Assembly: GCA_044347345.1 (NCBI GenBank)
Contig: JBIKUX010000007.1
Location: 42,310 to 106,309, forward strand
From: Bdellovibrionota bacterium
GTDB taxonomy: Bacteria; Bdellovibrionota_C; UBA2361; JBIKUX01
Length of the DNA: 64,000 nucleotides
Direction of reading: 5' to 3'
Shown: piece after piece, positions 50,661 through 61,263 of the stretch
How positions within the stretch are numbered: the first letter of the stretch is position 1
Layout of the letters: each line of letters begins with the position of its first letter
Program-made: the position numbers and the translations under genes
Notes under the pieces: model-generated
What the model was told of the DNA's origin: nothing
What the model saw: only the letters and a program-made list of their open reading frames with translations
Databases searched by the model: none

Positions 50661-50732
50661 AATTTTTTCTCCATTAACGTTACGCTTCTATAAATACATG
50701 ATTTTTAAAATAATCTTGTAAAAATTTCTATT

Positions 50733-51578
50733 TTACACAGGAGTAAAAGAAGTAAGTTTAACTCTTACTTTGCCAATAAATACATCGCTCTGAATCTCTA
50801 GTACATCGCGCTTAGAGTCATCGGTTAAAAAAATAGAGGCTTTTCTGAGCTTTTGTCTCACTTTTGGCTTGGTAAGATTAAGCACAAAGGGAGATATCAC
50901 GAAAACTTCTCTGTTTTTCCCTTGTAAAAACTCTTTTCCTCTTTTAATCGCCTTTAGCTTTATAGCGTACCTACTTTTGCCATTAAATACATCAAGGTAT
51001 TTCTCATCACCAACTTTCCATGACAAAGCTCTACTCAAAAAAGCAGCACTGAAAGGATCTAACGTGAAGTTATTGGTCACAAAGTCATATACCTCATCAA
51101 GCACACCATTTTTTTTTCTTTCCGATCTTATTCTCCCGTCGGAAGCAAAGGATACTTCGTAAAATTTACGCCGTGAATTTTCCTGATGGTCTACCGTTAG
51201 ACTCTCCGGCTTCATGGTTGTCTCATCAATAACTCCCTTAGCGAGATACCGAAGACGATACAATAAGTCGACCACCTTGTACGAGCGTGCGACAGCAGTA
51301 AAGTGATATTTTTTATCAGATTTTACCACTGTTAATTTTGCCTCTGCAGCAGGTATCCCTTGCCAACTAACTTCATATCTGTAGGTACCAAGAGAAGGAA
51401 CAAACGACGGATCTGGGCTGTACACAGGAGTAGAAATGCGAACTTGGTCAGGAGGAATAGACGGCTCAGCTTGAAGTGTCCCTAATGATGGTTTAAGTAT
51501 CAGTTGAAAAACTAATAAGAGCCACACCGAGATAAATTTCATAGTTATACTCGATAACAAAAAAATATTAAGAGGCAT
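50733..51578 (-). CDS. DUF3108 exported protein
   Basis: Signal-like N-terminus; YEVSWQGIPAA, LDPFSAAF..R, VFNGKSRY. Confidence 0.75.
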   Translation of the reverse strand: MPLNIFLLSSITMKFISVWLLLVFQLILKPSLGTLQAEPSIPPDQVRISTPVYSPDPSFVPSLGTYRYEVSWQGIPAAEAKLTVVKSDKKYHFTAVARSYKVVDLLYRLRYLAKGVIDETTMKPESLTVDHQENSRRKFYEVSFASDGRIRSERKKNGVLDEVYDFVTNNFTLDPFSAAFLSRALSWKVGDEKYLDVFNGKSRYAIKLKAIKRGKEFLQGKNREVFVISPFVLNLTKPKVRQKLRKASIFLTDDSKRDVLEIQSDVFIGKVRVKLTSFTPV

Positions 51579-51652
51579 TTATACTCTTCTTCCGCTACAC
51601 TCTTCTTCCGCCATTGCCCTTAGTAGCTAGTTTATGAAACGATCGCCATCAA

Positions 51653-52867
51653 ATGATAACACCTACCCTATTAACTCGTTCTTTTCGCCATCCTTATTCT
51701 TGGGCTAAGGGCAGTCATTGGGAGCATACTAGTTTATTACTCCACTGCTCAGCACTTATGCGCTCAGAAGTTAAATCATCCCTGCTGATTCCAACATCAC
51801 AGGAATTAGTATCACAGTCATCATTTGATTTACCGCCCAACCCTATCTCATCTGAATCAACTACACACCTAACCGTTCATGGATGGGGAGAAGTGTGTCC
51901 TCCGCCCGGAGAACGGCGAAATTGGAGTGAGGACTTAGAAATTGTAGAGTCTATCTACAATTCAATGAACATTTTAGATCTTTTAGCTATGCCAGATCCG
52001 GTAGAAGCTGTTTCGTTACTGCTTACACCTTTAGCAACTGAACCCCGCCTACGTTGTGGCCTTTCTTCTGCTATTTTTTCAATGATAGCTCAAGCTAAAG
52101 ATATTTCTCTCGGTAAGCTGCTAGCAAACTCGACGTACGGTGGCATAAAGCTTAGTCAAGCTAGCCGTGTTCCGGTCAACGGCCTTATAGTAGAGCACGA
52201 CCACTCCAAAGTTATCGCTCAAGCCGAAAACTATGTAGCAAGAGGTATAAGTACAATAAAAATAAAATGTGGCAGAAATATTAAAGATGAATGTGCGCGA
52301 ATAGGAGCTCTAATTGGAGCTGTTGGAAAGGATATTAAAATTCGCCTCGATCCAAATGGATGCTGGAATAAAGACCATCTAATGTACTTAGCAGATTGCC
52401 TTAGTGATGCAAACATTGAGTACATCGAGGAACCAACCGACCCAAAATCTCCCCCTGAAACGATCCAAGCTTTAAGAGAGATAAGTCCATTTCCATTTGC
52501 CAATGACCACTGTGCTTCATCAGCTAGCGATACAATTACTTATATAACCAAGTACCCACCGGAGTTTCTTATTGTCAAACCTCAAGTAGTTGGTGGCCCG
52601 GATGAAGTAGCAAGAATTATCACTCATGCTCAGAGCACAGGAATAAAAACAATTATCACAGCAAGCCTTGAATCGAGAGTTGGCGTAAATGTCGCACTTC
52701 ACTGTGCCTCACTTCTTCCCACACCATTACCTCCTTGTGGTCTTTTAGTGGGAGAGCATGTTATACACGATGTGTCTCTGCCTCTCTCTGTGCACCAAGG
52801 ATATGTTAACGTGCCTAACTCACCGGGACTCGGGTTTATACCATCTGGTATGACATTTCCGTTTTAA
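51653..52867 (+). CDS. Enolase-superfamily enzyme, o-succinylbenzoate synthase (MenC)-like
   Basis: GWGEVCP, KIKCG, RLDPNG, YIEEP, IVKP.VGG, SLES, PGLG. Confidence 0.75.
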   Translation: MITPTLLTRSFRHPYSWAKGSHWEHTSLLLHCSALMRSEVKSSLLIPTSQELVSQSSFDLPPNPISSESTTHLTVHGWGEVCPPPGERRNWSEDLEIVESIYNSMNILDLLAMPDPVEAVSLLLTPLATEPRLRCGLSSAIFSMIAQAKDISLGKLLANSTYGGIKLSQASRVPVNGLIVEHDHSKVIAQAENYVARGISTIKIKCGRNIKDECARIGALIGAVGKDIKIRLDPNGCWNKDHLMYLADCLSDANIEYIEEPTDPKSPPETIQALREISPFPFANDHCASSASDTITYITKYPPEFLIVKPQVVGGPDEVARIITHAQSTGIKTIITASLESRVGVNVALHCASLLPTPLPPCGLLVGEHVIHDVSLPLSVHQGYVNVPNSPGLGFIPSGMTFPF

Positions 52868-52891
52868 CAACCTTTATCTATTTGCAAAACA

Positions 52892-53641
52892 ATGGAAATA
52901 GAACAAAAGCGCTTTTATTGGCTATTATCTTGGATAACTACTATTCCCTTTTTAGTTTGCTTCATCGGAACCCTGGTAATTTTCGATCCGGTTCACAGAC
53001 TAGCTTATCTTTTTGGAAGTAAGATTTTCCGCAAAAGTCTTGTTGCTATGAACGGCTTAATTCTCTTTTGGCTACACCTTTGGTGTGGCACCCGTTTTAA
53101 TGTGAAAGGACTAGAGAACTTAACAAGTATAAAACAAGCCATAATAGTGGCGAATCATGAGAGCATGTTTGATATACCTCTAATTTTATGGTTCTTACGG
53201 ATGCTTTCTCCGCAATTCATTGCAAAGCAAGAGTTAGGGAAATACCTGCCCAGCATATCTTTTCTTTTGCGTAACATGGGGTCTTTAATGATCAATCGAA
53301 GCGACAAGGGGGGGGCACTAGCAAGTATTCGAAACTACGGCGTTAAAGCCAGTGAAAAAGATCAATCAGTAGTAATTTTTCCAGAAGGTACACGCGCTAG
53401 AGACGGAAAAATGAAGCGGTTTAAATATGGAGGAACGCAAGCTCTTATTGATACCATGAAAAGAGCGGCAGTTATTCCAGTTACAATAAACAATTCTTAT
53501 AAAATTGTTAAACATAATCTTCTTCCAATTCCTTGGAGAATTGATGTCAATATGATAGTGCATTCGCCACTTTGGCCAGAGATTAACTCTCAAGAAGTTT
53601 ATTGTAATCAAATAGAAGCTATGATTCGTTCTGGGAAATAA
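52892..53641 (+). CDS. plsC: 1-acyl-sn-glycerol-3-phosphate acyltransferase (PlsC family)
   Basis: NHESMFD, FIAKQEL, FPEGTR. Confidence 0.88.
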   Translation: MEIEQKRFYWLLSWITTIPFLVCFIGTLVIFDPVHRLAYLFGSKIFRKSLVAMNGLILFWLHLWCGTRFNVKGLENLTSIKQAIIVANHESMFDIPLILWFLRMLSPQFIAKQELGKYLPSISFLLRNMGSLMINRSDKGGALASIRNYGVKASEKDQSVVIFPEGTRARDGKMKRFKYGGTQALIDTMKRAAVIPVTINNSYKIVKHNLLPIPWRIDVNMIVHSPLWPEINSQEVYCNQIEAMIRSGK

Positions 53642-53692
53642 TAGACATCTCACACAAAGGATGATACCCAGAGTACTAAAGTTTTTTCATTT

Positions 53693-53775
53693 GCCCGAAT
53701 GGCGGAACGGTAGACGCGGCGGATTCAAAATCCGCTTCTCGCAAGGGAGTGGAGGTTCAAGTCCTCTTTCGGGCA
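53693..53775 (+). tRNA. tRNA-Leu(CAA)
   Basis: GCCCGAA/TTCGGGC acceptor stem, anticodon arm GCGGA-TTCAAAA-TCCGC, long variable arm, GGTTCAAGTCC T-arm; CCA is not encoded. Confidence 0.95.
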
Positions 53776-53880
53776 CTCTATTAATCTCCTGCGGGCACTC
53801 TGGTAATAAATTCTGCAAATTAAAAGATTAACACACTGCGTATTAATTATTTTAGTGTGCCAAATATCTTAGAGACAGCT

Positions 53881-54303
53881 TCAATTGGGAAATCTGAAGT
53901 TGGAAAACAAAAATGACGCAAGAACAGATAGGGCAACTGCGGCTACAATCGAGAGGAGACCGACAACTACAATCCAGATGAGGCTAATAAGCGCTCCCCT
54001 CTTAGACCCGATGGCAATACCTGTATTCGGGTACTTGAGGCCAACGCCAATAATCCACGACAAAAGAGCAAAACGGAGAATCATCAGAATGCACTTGTCA
54101 ACTTGGGTCATTTCGCTGCCGATCGCGCTGACGACTAACCCAAACACAAAACCAAGAAGATTTAAGGAAAGCGCACAAATAAATAATGTATAGTACTCCG
54201 TGCTATATTTAGGCTTGAACTTGGCAATGACGTTAGTGGCGAACTGCAACAGAGACGCAACTAGGAGTGCAGTGAAAGCATTTGTGACATTATTAATGAC
54301 CAA
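53881..54303 (-). CDS. Small 4-TM membrane protein (probable cassette, 5' end degenerate)
   Basis: Hydrophobic ORF downstream of a degenerate attC-like site and an AAGGAG RBS. Confidence 0.55.
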   Translation of the reverse strand: MVINNVTNAFTALLVASLLQFATNVIAKFKPKYSTEYYTLFICALSLNLLGFVFGLVVSAIGSEMTQVDKCILMILRFALLSWIIGVGLKYPNTGIAIGSKRGALISLIWIVVVGLLSIVAAVALSVLASFLFSNFRFPN

Positions 54304-54344
54304 TCCAATGAACTGTACAATTTAATTCTCCTTCCGGTTAGTGG

Positions 54345-54400
54345 GTCTAGTTTTCGAGTGAGTGGAAGCCAGAGCAATCCAATCGAATGGCTTGTTATCA
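54345..54400 (-). other. Degenerate attC-like site
   Basis: Minus strand GATAACAAGCCATTCGATTGGA...TCCACTCA...ACTAGAC. Confidence 0.35.
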
Positions 54401-54411
54401 TCATTATATTC

Positions 54412-54475
54412 TACTAACAGCTTGAATAGACGACTGCAGCAATTTCAGCTTTGTCTCGTTCACAAATAGTAATAA
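54412..54475 (-). other. attC-like site
   Basis: Minus strand TATTAC-TATTTG-TGAACGAGAC...GTCTATTCA-AGCT-GTTAGTA (R''/L''/L'/R' arrangement). Confidence 0.5.
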
Positions 54476-54479
54476 TTAT

Positions 54480-54895
54480 ATCATCGAGTTACATGGCTTC
54501 CATGCGAGGCCGCGATGCGGGGAGGTTAATAACATGATCACCAACAGTACGGAAGTGAAACATTCCCTCGCTCGCACCAAAATTCACCTTCATCCCTCTA
54601 TAAAAGATTTTTGAGTTTGCTCAGCTGGAATAGGTAAAGGCTGCCACCCATAGCTTCTCGCGAAACTTTCAAACTTGTTCACATCCTCAAACAACAACTT
54701 GAACTTTTCGCTAATTTCAAGCCCTTCACGCTGCCCAAATCCTGACATTGTGGGAAACTCATCACACTAGAAATACTCGGCATACTCAGGAATGTGACAG
54801 CGCTCACGCAGAGCTTTCTTATCGTTAATGTTACTTATCACCTGACAACCAAACAACTGCCCGCTCAATAGAATTGCTACAAGGATTTTATACAT
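54480..54895 (-). pseudogene. Lipoprotein cassette gene with internal stops
   Basis: MYKILVAILLSGQLFGC (lipobox)...YF*CDEFPTMSGFGQREGLEIS..., flanked by attC-like sites. Confidence 0.5.
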
Positions 54896-54913
54896 GGCAC
54901 CACCGTAGCCAAA

Positions 54914-55009
54914 GGATAACAGATGCTTACAATCTGTTTGCACCACAACAATACCACTTAACCCGAACGCGATTAAACAGCGCAAATCAAATGCTAAGCC
55001 TTATTATCT
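54914..55009 (-). other. attC-like site (best preserved)
   Basis: Minus strand AGATAAT-AAG-GCTTAGC-ATTTGATTTGC...GCAAACAGATT-GTAAGC-ATCT-GTTATCC, starting 6 nt after the stop of 55016..55576. Confidence 0.6.
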
Positions 55010-55015
55010 GACCTG

Positions 55016-55576
55016 CTACGCTGAGTTTATCACCCAAAATCCAGCTCTATTTGCTTCACCGTGCTTACTGATTGCTGATAGAAGCGCGTCGAATTTAACT
55101 GTCCGAAACTTAGGCTGATTTACTTCAGTATCTACGAGAGTAACAACATGATTCTCTACTTTATCAATAAGGCATGCATGTCCCCAATCAGTATTGTCTC
55201 TGAAAAGGGAAGCACTATTAAAACATGCAATAACATCGGCATTATTCCTGATGAGATTGTGAACCCAGTTTGACCCTTCGTTCTTCGGCACTGATTGATA
55301 ATACGTCTCTCTTAACGGATATTTGTTACGCTCAAAAAAAGCATTTAACGTGTATTTAGGATTTTGAATTTCGGTGCCAAATCCCGAAGTTGGCTTTACT
55401 CCAATACGTGCGTCAGGAAATAAAACTTTGGAGGTTTCAGGAACGGCTAGGCCAAGTTCATAGCCAATCTGGATAATCTGAAGCAGTGGTAGTTTTCGGC
55501 GGATTAGAATCATTAAAAGAGCGGTTGGTACACAGCAGTAAGGAGGTTGTGTGAGGGCTATATAGCGATGACTCAT
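55016..55576 (-). CDS. Papain/peptidase C39-like protein (gene cassette)
   Basis: LTQPPYCCVPTALLMIL (Q...C), WGHACLI (H), TLVD (D). Confidence 0.6.
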   Translation of the reverse strand: MSHRYIALTQPPYCCVPTALLMILIRRKLPLLQIIQIGYELGLAVPETSKVLFPDARIGVKPTSGFGTEIQNPKYTLNAFFERNKYPLRETYYQSVPKNEGSNWVHNLIRNNADVIACFNSASLFRDNTDWGHACLIDKVENHVVTLVDTEVNQPKFRTVKFDALLSAISKHGEANRAGFWVINSA

Positions 55577-55582
55577 ACTTAT

Positions 55583-55617
55583 CTATAACCAGAGAACGCT
55601 TGAGCGAATAGTTACGA
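55583..55617 (-). other. Internally deleted attC-like site
   Basis: Minus strand TCGTAACTATTCGCTCAAGCG (typical attC start) joined to GTTATAG, 6 nt before the ATG at 55576. Confidence 0.5.
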
Positions 55618-55784
55618 GTTGACCGCATGGCCGCCGATCATGAGGAACTGGAGATTTTTGATCCAATAGAGCGGCGTAAACTTCAAAAGATCGTAGAGAA
55701 ACCAAATTAAAAATTGAGTAAGGCTTGGAAAAATTTCTTTGGCGTGTAAAGTAATAAATATTTCCCCCTTCGGCCTGTAAGTAC

Positions 55785-56021
55785 TTGTGCAGGGCCATGA
55801 GTATTTTATTGATCACAAGAATGACCCCTGGTTTAAAGGGGCAGCCGTTCGTTGAAGACGTTCTCCTTGTCAAAAATCCACGCACGGAGCATTTGAGATG
55901 GCCTGCTCTTGATATCGATCTGCATGTAGACTCACCTGTATCACCGGATCACCTTCCCCTGATTGCATCAAAAAATAAGGCCAAAAATACCGCGCTGCGG
56001 CACTTAATGTCTACTTTTTAG
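55785..56021 (+). pseudogene. DUF2442 antitoxin-like fragment
   Basis: EDVLLV.NP..EHLRWPALDIDLHVDS..SP...PL. Confidence 0.55.
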
Positions 56022-56206
56022 GTAGATCTCCAAGCCGATACACCGCACCCAACTTCCTAAATTAATGATATAACTCAATATTTAATTGATTTTCTTATTC
56101 ATAAGGCTTCTAAGAAACGATTACGCCAGAATATAAAGGAACTTTGTTTGATGGTCGTCTATAGGTAAGGAAACCGTTTTGCAACGGCCTTTCTTATCAG
56201 ACTAAC

Positions 56207-56890
56207 ATGCGAGTATTTATGTTAAAAAAATTCCGAAAGTATTTCCTTTCAGCTTTGCTGTTTTTTCCTTTATTTCTCTTTAATCAGAGTAACGCTCAAG
56301 ACAAGCTGAAAGGGGAATTTTTTACCATTCAAAACGGTGGTAGTTATTTTGAAATCCTCGTAACTAATCCAACTGAGATAAAAAAAGGTGAAGAATTATT
56401 CCGAAAAGGGTCTATGTTTGTTCCATTTGGAACGGTGATAAAAGGGTCTCCGAATGGTCTTAATTTTCCGTTTTCTTGGCATTTAGAGCCAAAAACAATT
56501 GTTTTCACAGAAAGTTCGGCTGAAATTTATGATGCCTCTCCTTATCAGGTAGAGGCTGAACTCGACAGCTGGATCGAAACCTTGGGTAAATATGGTCCTT
56601 GGGGATGCCGTATAGTCGGCATGGGGAAAAGAAAAACGGTTCCCCTCCCCTTAACATTCAATAAAGTCCCAGATGAGAAAGTTTCTATACTCCCGATAAG
56701 CGCCGTATGGGATCACAAAGGCTCATATAGTTTTTCAAAGGTATTTGGACTACAACAACTACCTAAAGGAATACCTATCGGAAAACAAATTAAAATAAAC
56801 GCCTCTTACTTGGGACAAATTGTCGGTAAAACTTTTATAACTGTTCAAGCTCCGTCGATAATAGAGAGGAGAATGCTGAAAAAACAATAA
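56207..56890 (+). CDS. Exported BP74-like protein
   Basis: Signal peptide; G.VIKG...N.PFSWHLEP..I.F.E.SAEIYDASP..VE..LD.W...GPW. Confidence 0.7.
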   Translation: MRVFMLKKFRKYFLSALLFFPLFLFNQSNAQDKLKGEFFTIQNGGSYFEILVTNPTEIKKGEELFRKGSMFVPFGTVIKGSPNGLNFPFSWHLEPKTIVFTESSAEIYDASPYQVEAELDSWIETLGKYGPWGCRIVGMGKRKTVPLPLTFNKVPDEKVSILPISAVWDHKGSYSFSKVFGLQQLPKGIPIGKQIKINASYLGQIVGKTFITVQAPSIIERRMLKKQ

Positions 56891-57942
56891 CATCTAAATT
56901 TTTTATAAGACAGCTTGGCATTCGAGGTTTAATCCAAAAAACAAAATTTAGGAATACTACACCTAATTTTGCCAATCTAAGTTTTCAAAACCAACCTTAG
57001 AATTAGTCAAAAAACATCTCTGGAGCAGAACCCAGTACGAGACTAGACTTAGGCATTACAAAGTGAGTCCAAGAAGGTAACCAGGATATGCTCTAACAGT
57101 CCAAGTTAAGAAAACACTCTGCCATACCAATACAAATTGGACCAACAGAGCCTCCTGCACACATAGGACGTGCTATAAAAAGATCATATGGATACATCCC
57201 AAAAAGAAAACATTGGTCGAATAGAACAGTCTTTTCAAAAACTCAGGAGGAGAAAAAATGTAAGAATAAGCCAATGCGGAAAGACGGATTTAGGGCTAAA
57301 AGCACCAAGATAAAAAACATAATCTGGTATTGACATGAGCTTATTTCAAAATGGGAGCTGAAGGCTAACAATCTAATAATATTTAAAAACTCGAAAAAGA
57401 AAAAAGTAAACTACGAAAAATAAATAAAGAGAAAAATGGGCAAATATAGGCAGCCTCGGAAAGAAAGGTAGGTTTAGTTTATAATAGCTTAGGTTATTTA
57501 TTGCTGCTAAACCTACGAAAAACCCAATCGAATGAAGCCTTAAAAATTTTCGACTACCTCTACTCTAGTTCCTCCTAAGTTTTGCTTGTCGACTGACTTT
57601 GTGTATCGTACACTATAAGAGTGAGTGAAGTTTTTTGGTAATGTTGTATTAGCACATCTGAGACATTCAATAGAATTGCAACCCATCTTTAATTTATCCC
57701 CTATTTTACGGCCTTTATTGGTGAAAATCAGCTGTCAAATTGGCAGTGTGCTGGATAAATTTACCCTTGGTCAGTTAATTCCAAAAGTCTTGGATCGAAT
57801 TAAGATCGTACAAAAAAACTATCTTCATATTGGTAGGATGTTAGGCTGGGATGCTTTAGGCAAATCGGTCTTTTTAAGACAGAATAATTTAGTCGATTGA
57901 TATAAATCAGTCGAATTTAGTGTGATTGGTATGGAGTAATGT

Positions 57943-58347
57943 GTGAAGAGGATTTACGTAGGCAATCTTCCGTTTGCAACCACTGAGGACGATCTTACAG
58001 CTCTTTTTTCTTCTTATGGGAAGGTTAAAAAAGTAACTGTAGTTCGAGACAAGATAGATGGTAGACCCAAAGGGTTTGCATTTGTTGAGATGGAGGAAGA
58101 TGACTCAGCACTCGCAGCAATTGAAGGGCTTGATGGCTCGTCAGTAGGAGGACGTACCGTTAAAGTAAGTGAAGCTCGGCCATCCACAGGTGGCGATAGA
58201 GGCTCTTACTCAGGTGGCGGGGATAGAGATAGAGATAGAGGAGGCGACCGAGGTGACTACCGAGGGGGAGGCGACCGTGACCGAGGCAACCGCTCTCGCG
58301 GTGGTATGGGCGGTGGAACTGGAGGAGGCAATCGCTTCAGAGGATAA
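57943..58347 (+). CDS. RRM RNA-binding protein with a Gly/Arg/Asp-rich tail
   Basis: RNP2 IYVGNL, RNP1 KGFAFVEM, RGG/DR repeats. Confidence 0.93.
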   Translation: MKRIYVGNLPFATTEDDLTALFSSYGKVKKVTVVRDKIDGRPKGFAFVEMEEDDSALAAIEGLDGSSVGGRTVKVSEARPSTGGDRGSYSGGGDRDRDRGGDRGDYRGGGDRDRGNRSRGGMGGGTGGGNRFRG

Positions 58348-58371
58348 AGACGCTTCGCGAAAAACTCTACA

Positions 58372-58396
58372 GATGCCTAAGTTGTACTTGGGCATC
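58372..58396. terminator. Hairpin between the convergent RRM gene and rpoD
   Basis: GATGCCTAAGT-TGT-ACTTGGGCATC, an 11-bp stem. Confidence 0.45.
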
Positions 58397-58499
58397 CGTT
58401 ACATTTGTTTAGTTAGCTGTACAGTTTAATACATAGAATAACAGATAAAATAGATAAAATAGATAAAGTAATAGCTACTGTAAGTAGCTAATTTACCTT

Positions 58500-61097
58500 C
58501 TAAACAAAGCTCTTAAGCTTTTTACTGCGACTCGGATGACGCAACTTTCTTAGAGCTTTTGCTTCAATCTGCCTGATTCTTTCTCGGGTTACATCGAAGT
58601 TTTGTCCTACCTCTTCTAGCGTATGGTCACTTTTTTCACCTATACCAAATCTCATTCTTAAAACTTTCTCCTCACGAGGCGTCAAACTTGCCAACACTCG
58701 GCGAGTTTGATCCTGAAGATTCATATTAACTACAGCATTAGCTGGAGAAACAACTCTCTTATCTTCTATAAAGTCACCGAGGTTAGAGTCATCCTCTTCA
58801 CCGATTGGAGTTTCAAGAGATATAGGCTCTTTTGCAATCTTAAGAACCTTTCTTACCTTATCGACCGGAATCTCCATCCGATAAGCTATCTCCTCAGGAG
58901 TTGGCTCTCTTCCAAGCTCTTGAACAAGCTGCCGACTAGTTCGAACTAGCTTATTGATCGTTTCGATCATGTGAACTGGTATTCGAATAATGCGCGCTTG
59001 ATCAGCAATGGCTCGAGTAATCGCTTGACGTATCCACCATGTAGCATACGTTGAAAACTTGTAACCTCGCTGATACTCGAATTTATCAACGGCCTTCATT
59101 AATCCAATATTTCCCTCTTGAATCAGGTCAAGAAATTGAAGTCCTCTGTTTGTATATTTTTTAGCTATAGATACAACCAAGCGCAAATTAGCTTCAACTA
59201 ACTCTCTCTTTGCATCAGCAGCTTTCATTTCGCCATCCATGAGACGCTGAACCGCAGAGCGAAACTCAAGAAACCCCATCTGGACTCGCTCTTCAAGAGC
59301 GCTAATTTTTGCAATAATTTCAGTTAAGCCAGTTACTATTTGTTTGGCGTCGCCTACCTTTATTCTGCATTTCTTGGCGACACGTTGTATGGCGAGCTCA
59401 TCACCTGAGGAAAGCTCTCTGTCAATTTCTAGGATATCACGTGGAGTGCACTTCCACTTGCGCGCAGATTCTCTAAGTCGCTGAAAAAGAGGTTTTGTTT
59501 CCTCATAAACCGCTTTAATGCGGTCAGACATGATATTGAACTGTTTTTGATTGAGGTTTAATTCAACCGTCTTTTGAACAGCTTCTTCTAGTAAGCTTGA
59601 GAGATCTTTGTGTATGTCGTCTCGCTTATCACTTGATGAAGAGAGTACTTTGCCATACGCATTGCGAACATCATCTAGTAGCTTCTTATAAACATAAGAT
59701 TTCTCAAGAAAAGCCTCTTTTTGGGCTAATTCTTCTTCGCTCACTGTAAGTTGAGGAGACTGCTCACCTAAATTATTCTCTTCAGAATCGAGCTCAGCTT
59801 CAGAGTCATCTTCGTCGTCATCCCCATCTGATCCGTCTGGGCCTTCCGCTTCTTCTTCTATGAACAAATCTCTTAGGCGTAATTCGTCATTCTTAACTCG
59901 ATCAAAAAGATTAGCCACATACTCGATAGTAAGAGGTTGAGTTAAAACTTCTTGACGAGCAAGCAACAGACCGCTCTCAATCTTTTTTGCTATCTGCACC
60001 TCGCCTTCACGAGTGAGTAAGCTTACATTTCCCATCTCTCTTAGGTATAGACGAACTGGGTCAGTACTCTTTCCTAGAGCAGAAGTATCTAGCAAAGGTT
60101 CTCGAAGGCGACGACCACCTCCAGCTCCATCATCATCAAACTCTTCCTGTGCCTGCTCAATTATATCGATGTCGAATTCACCAAACATCGATATAACTGA
60201 TTCCATCTGCTCTTCTGAAACAAATTCCTCAGATAGAGCCTCGCTCAGATCATCAACGGTGACAAATCCTTTCTCTTTACCGAGGTCTAGGAGGCGCCGT
60301 ACCTCGCGAGCACTGCGACCACCTGAACCTGCTCCGTCGCCGTCTTCATCATCCTCAATATCTTCCTCGTATGATGTATCCTCAAATTCTTCTACCGCTA
60401 ACTTACGGCGAACTTCCCGCTCATACTCGTCGGGAGCCTTTTGAACATTTATTCCTCTTCTTGGCCGCGCAGTTCCAACTATAATTTGTTGATTTGAACT
60501 TATCTCTTTATGCTCAGGGGAACTAACAAATTGCTCACTGGCTGTGGTAACCTGACTTCTTGCATTAGCTGTTTTTATCTTAATTGATGGTGTAGATTCG
60601 GACCGGAGATGTTTCGCGGGTCTTTCGCGCTTTTGTGCTCGCTTTGCTTTGATAAGTGATGATGCTCTTTTTGCAGATATCACGCGTCGCTTAACACTAG
60701 CACCTATTTTTCCACTACCAGAGCGACCACCAGCTCTTGTTCCAGCTTTTCTTACTTGAGTTGGAGTTGATGATAATGATGAACCTTTATGGGCACCCTT
60801 TTTGTTACCAGTGACTGCTGTATCTTGCGAGCCACGGCGACGCGTAGCTGTAACAGCCTTGCTCGTTGAGCTGCCTGACTTGCGGCTTTTCTTAGTTTGG
60901 TCTCCTGCTTTTGATTTTGTACTAGTTGATTTCTTTATTTTTTTTGCCATTTTATCGACAGAACTACGAGTCGGAACACTGCTAGATTTTTTTGGGCGAC
61001 CAGTTGTTTTTGTGACTCCGCTTTTTTTGGAACTAGCTTTTTTAACGCCTTTGGTCTTTGCCGACGCTATCCCTTTTTTTAATTTCTTGTCCGCCAC
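58500..61097 (-). CDS. rpoD: RNA polymerase sigma-70 factor with a long basic N-terminal extension
   Basis: [51 protein letters not shown]. Confidence 0.97.
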   Translation of the reverse strand: MADKKLKKGIASAKTKGVKKASSKKSGVTKTTGRPKKSSSVPTRSSVDKMAKKIKKSTSTKSKAGDQTKKSRKSGSSTSKAVTATRRRGSQDTAVTGNKKGAHKGSSLSSTPTQVRKAGTRAGGRSGSGKIGASVKRRVISAKRASSLIKAKRAQKRERPAKHLRSESTPSIKIKTANARSQVTTASEQFVSSPEHKEISSNQQIIVGTARPRRGINVQKAPDEYEREVRRKLAVEEFEDTSYEEDIEDDEDGDGAGSGGRSAREVRRLLDLGKEKGFVTVDDLSEALSEEFVSEEQMESVISMFGEFDIDIIEQAQEEFDDDGAGGGRRLREPLLDTSALGKSTDPVRLYLREMGNVSLLTREGEVQIAKKIESGLLLARQEVLTQPLTIEYVANLFDRVKNDELRLRDLFIEEEAEGPDGSDGDDDEDDSEAELDSEENNLGEQSPQLTVSEEELAQKEAFLEKSYVYKKLLDDVRNAYGKVLSSSSDKRDDIHKDLSSLLEEAVQKTVELNLNQKQFNIMSDRIKAVYEETKPLFQRLRESARKWKCTPRDILEIDRELSSGDELAIQRVAKKCRIKVGDAKQIVTGLTEIIAKISALEERVQMGFLEFRSAVQRLMDGEMKAADAKRELVEANLRLVVSIAKKYTNRGLQFLDLIQEGNIGLMKAVDKFEYQRGYKFSTYATWWIRQAITRAIADQARIIRIPVHMIETINKLVRTSRQLVQELGREPTPEEIAYRMEIPVDKVRKVLKIAKEPISLETPIGEEDDSNLGDFIEDKRVVSPANAVVNMNLQDQTRRVLASLTPREEKVLRMRFGIGEKSDHTLEEVGQNFDVTRERIRQIEAKALRKLRHPSRSKKLKSFV

Positions 61098-61263
61098 AAT
61101 TATCCTCTAAAACTTTCTTGGTGGTTATTTGGTAAGATTTTCTCAGTTATTTCAAGCTATTTGGTGTATGTCAAAATATCTTATTATTTTGTCAAGAATT
61201 ATTGTAATAAAATTATGCGCATAAAACACCTTAAGCATTACCGGTAACATTAAAGCTCCATCA

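Noticed and set aside
53770-56900. Prophage or ICE integrated at tRNA-Leu
   Set aside because: No integrase, and no distal att duplication beyond a 10-bp local repeat.
57625-57900. 91-aa ORF upstream of the RRM gene
   Set aside because: GTG start, no recognisable motif; probably leader DNA.
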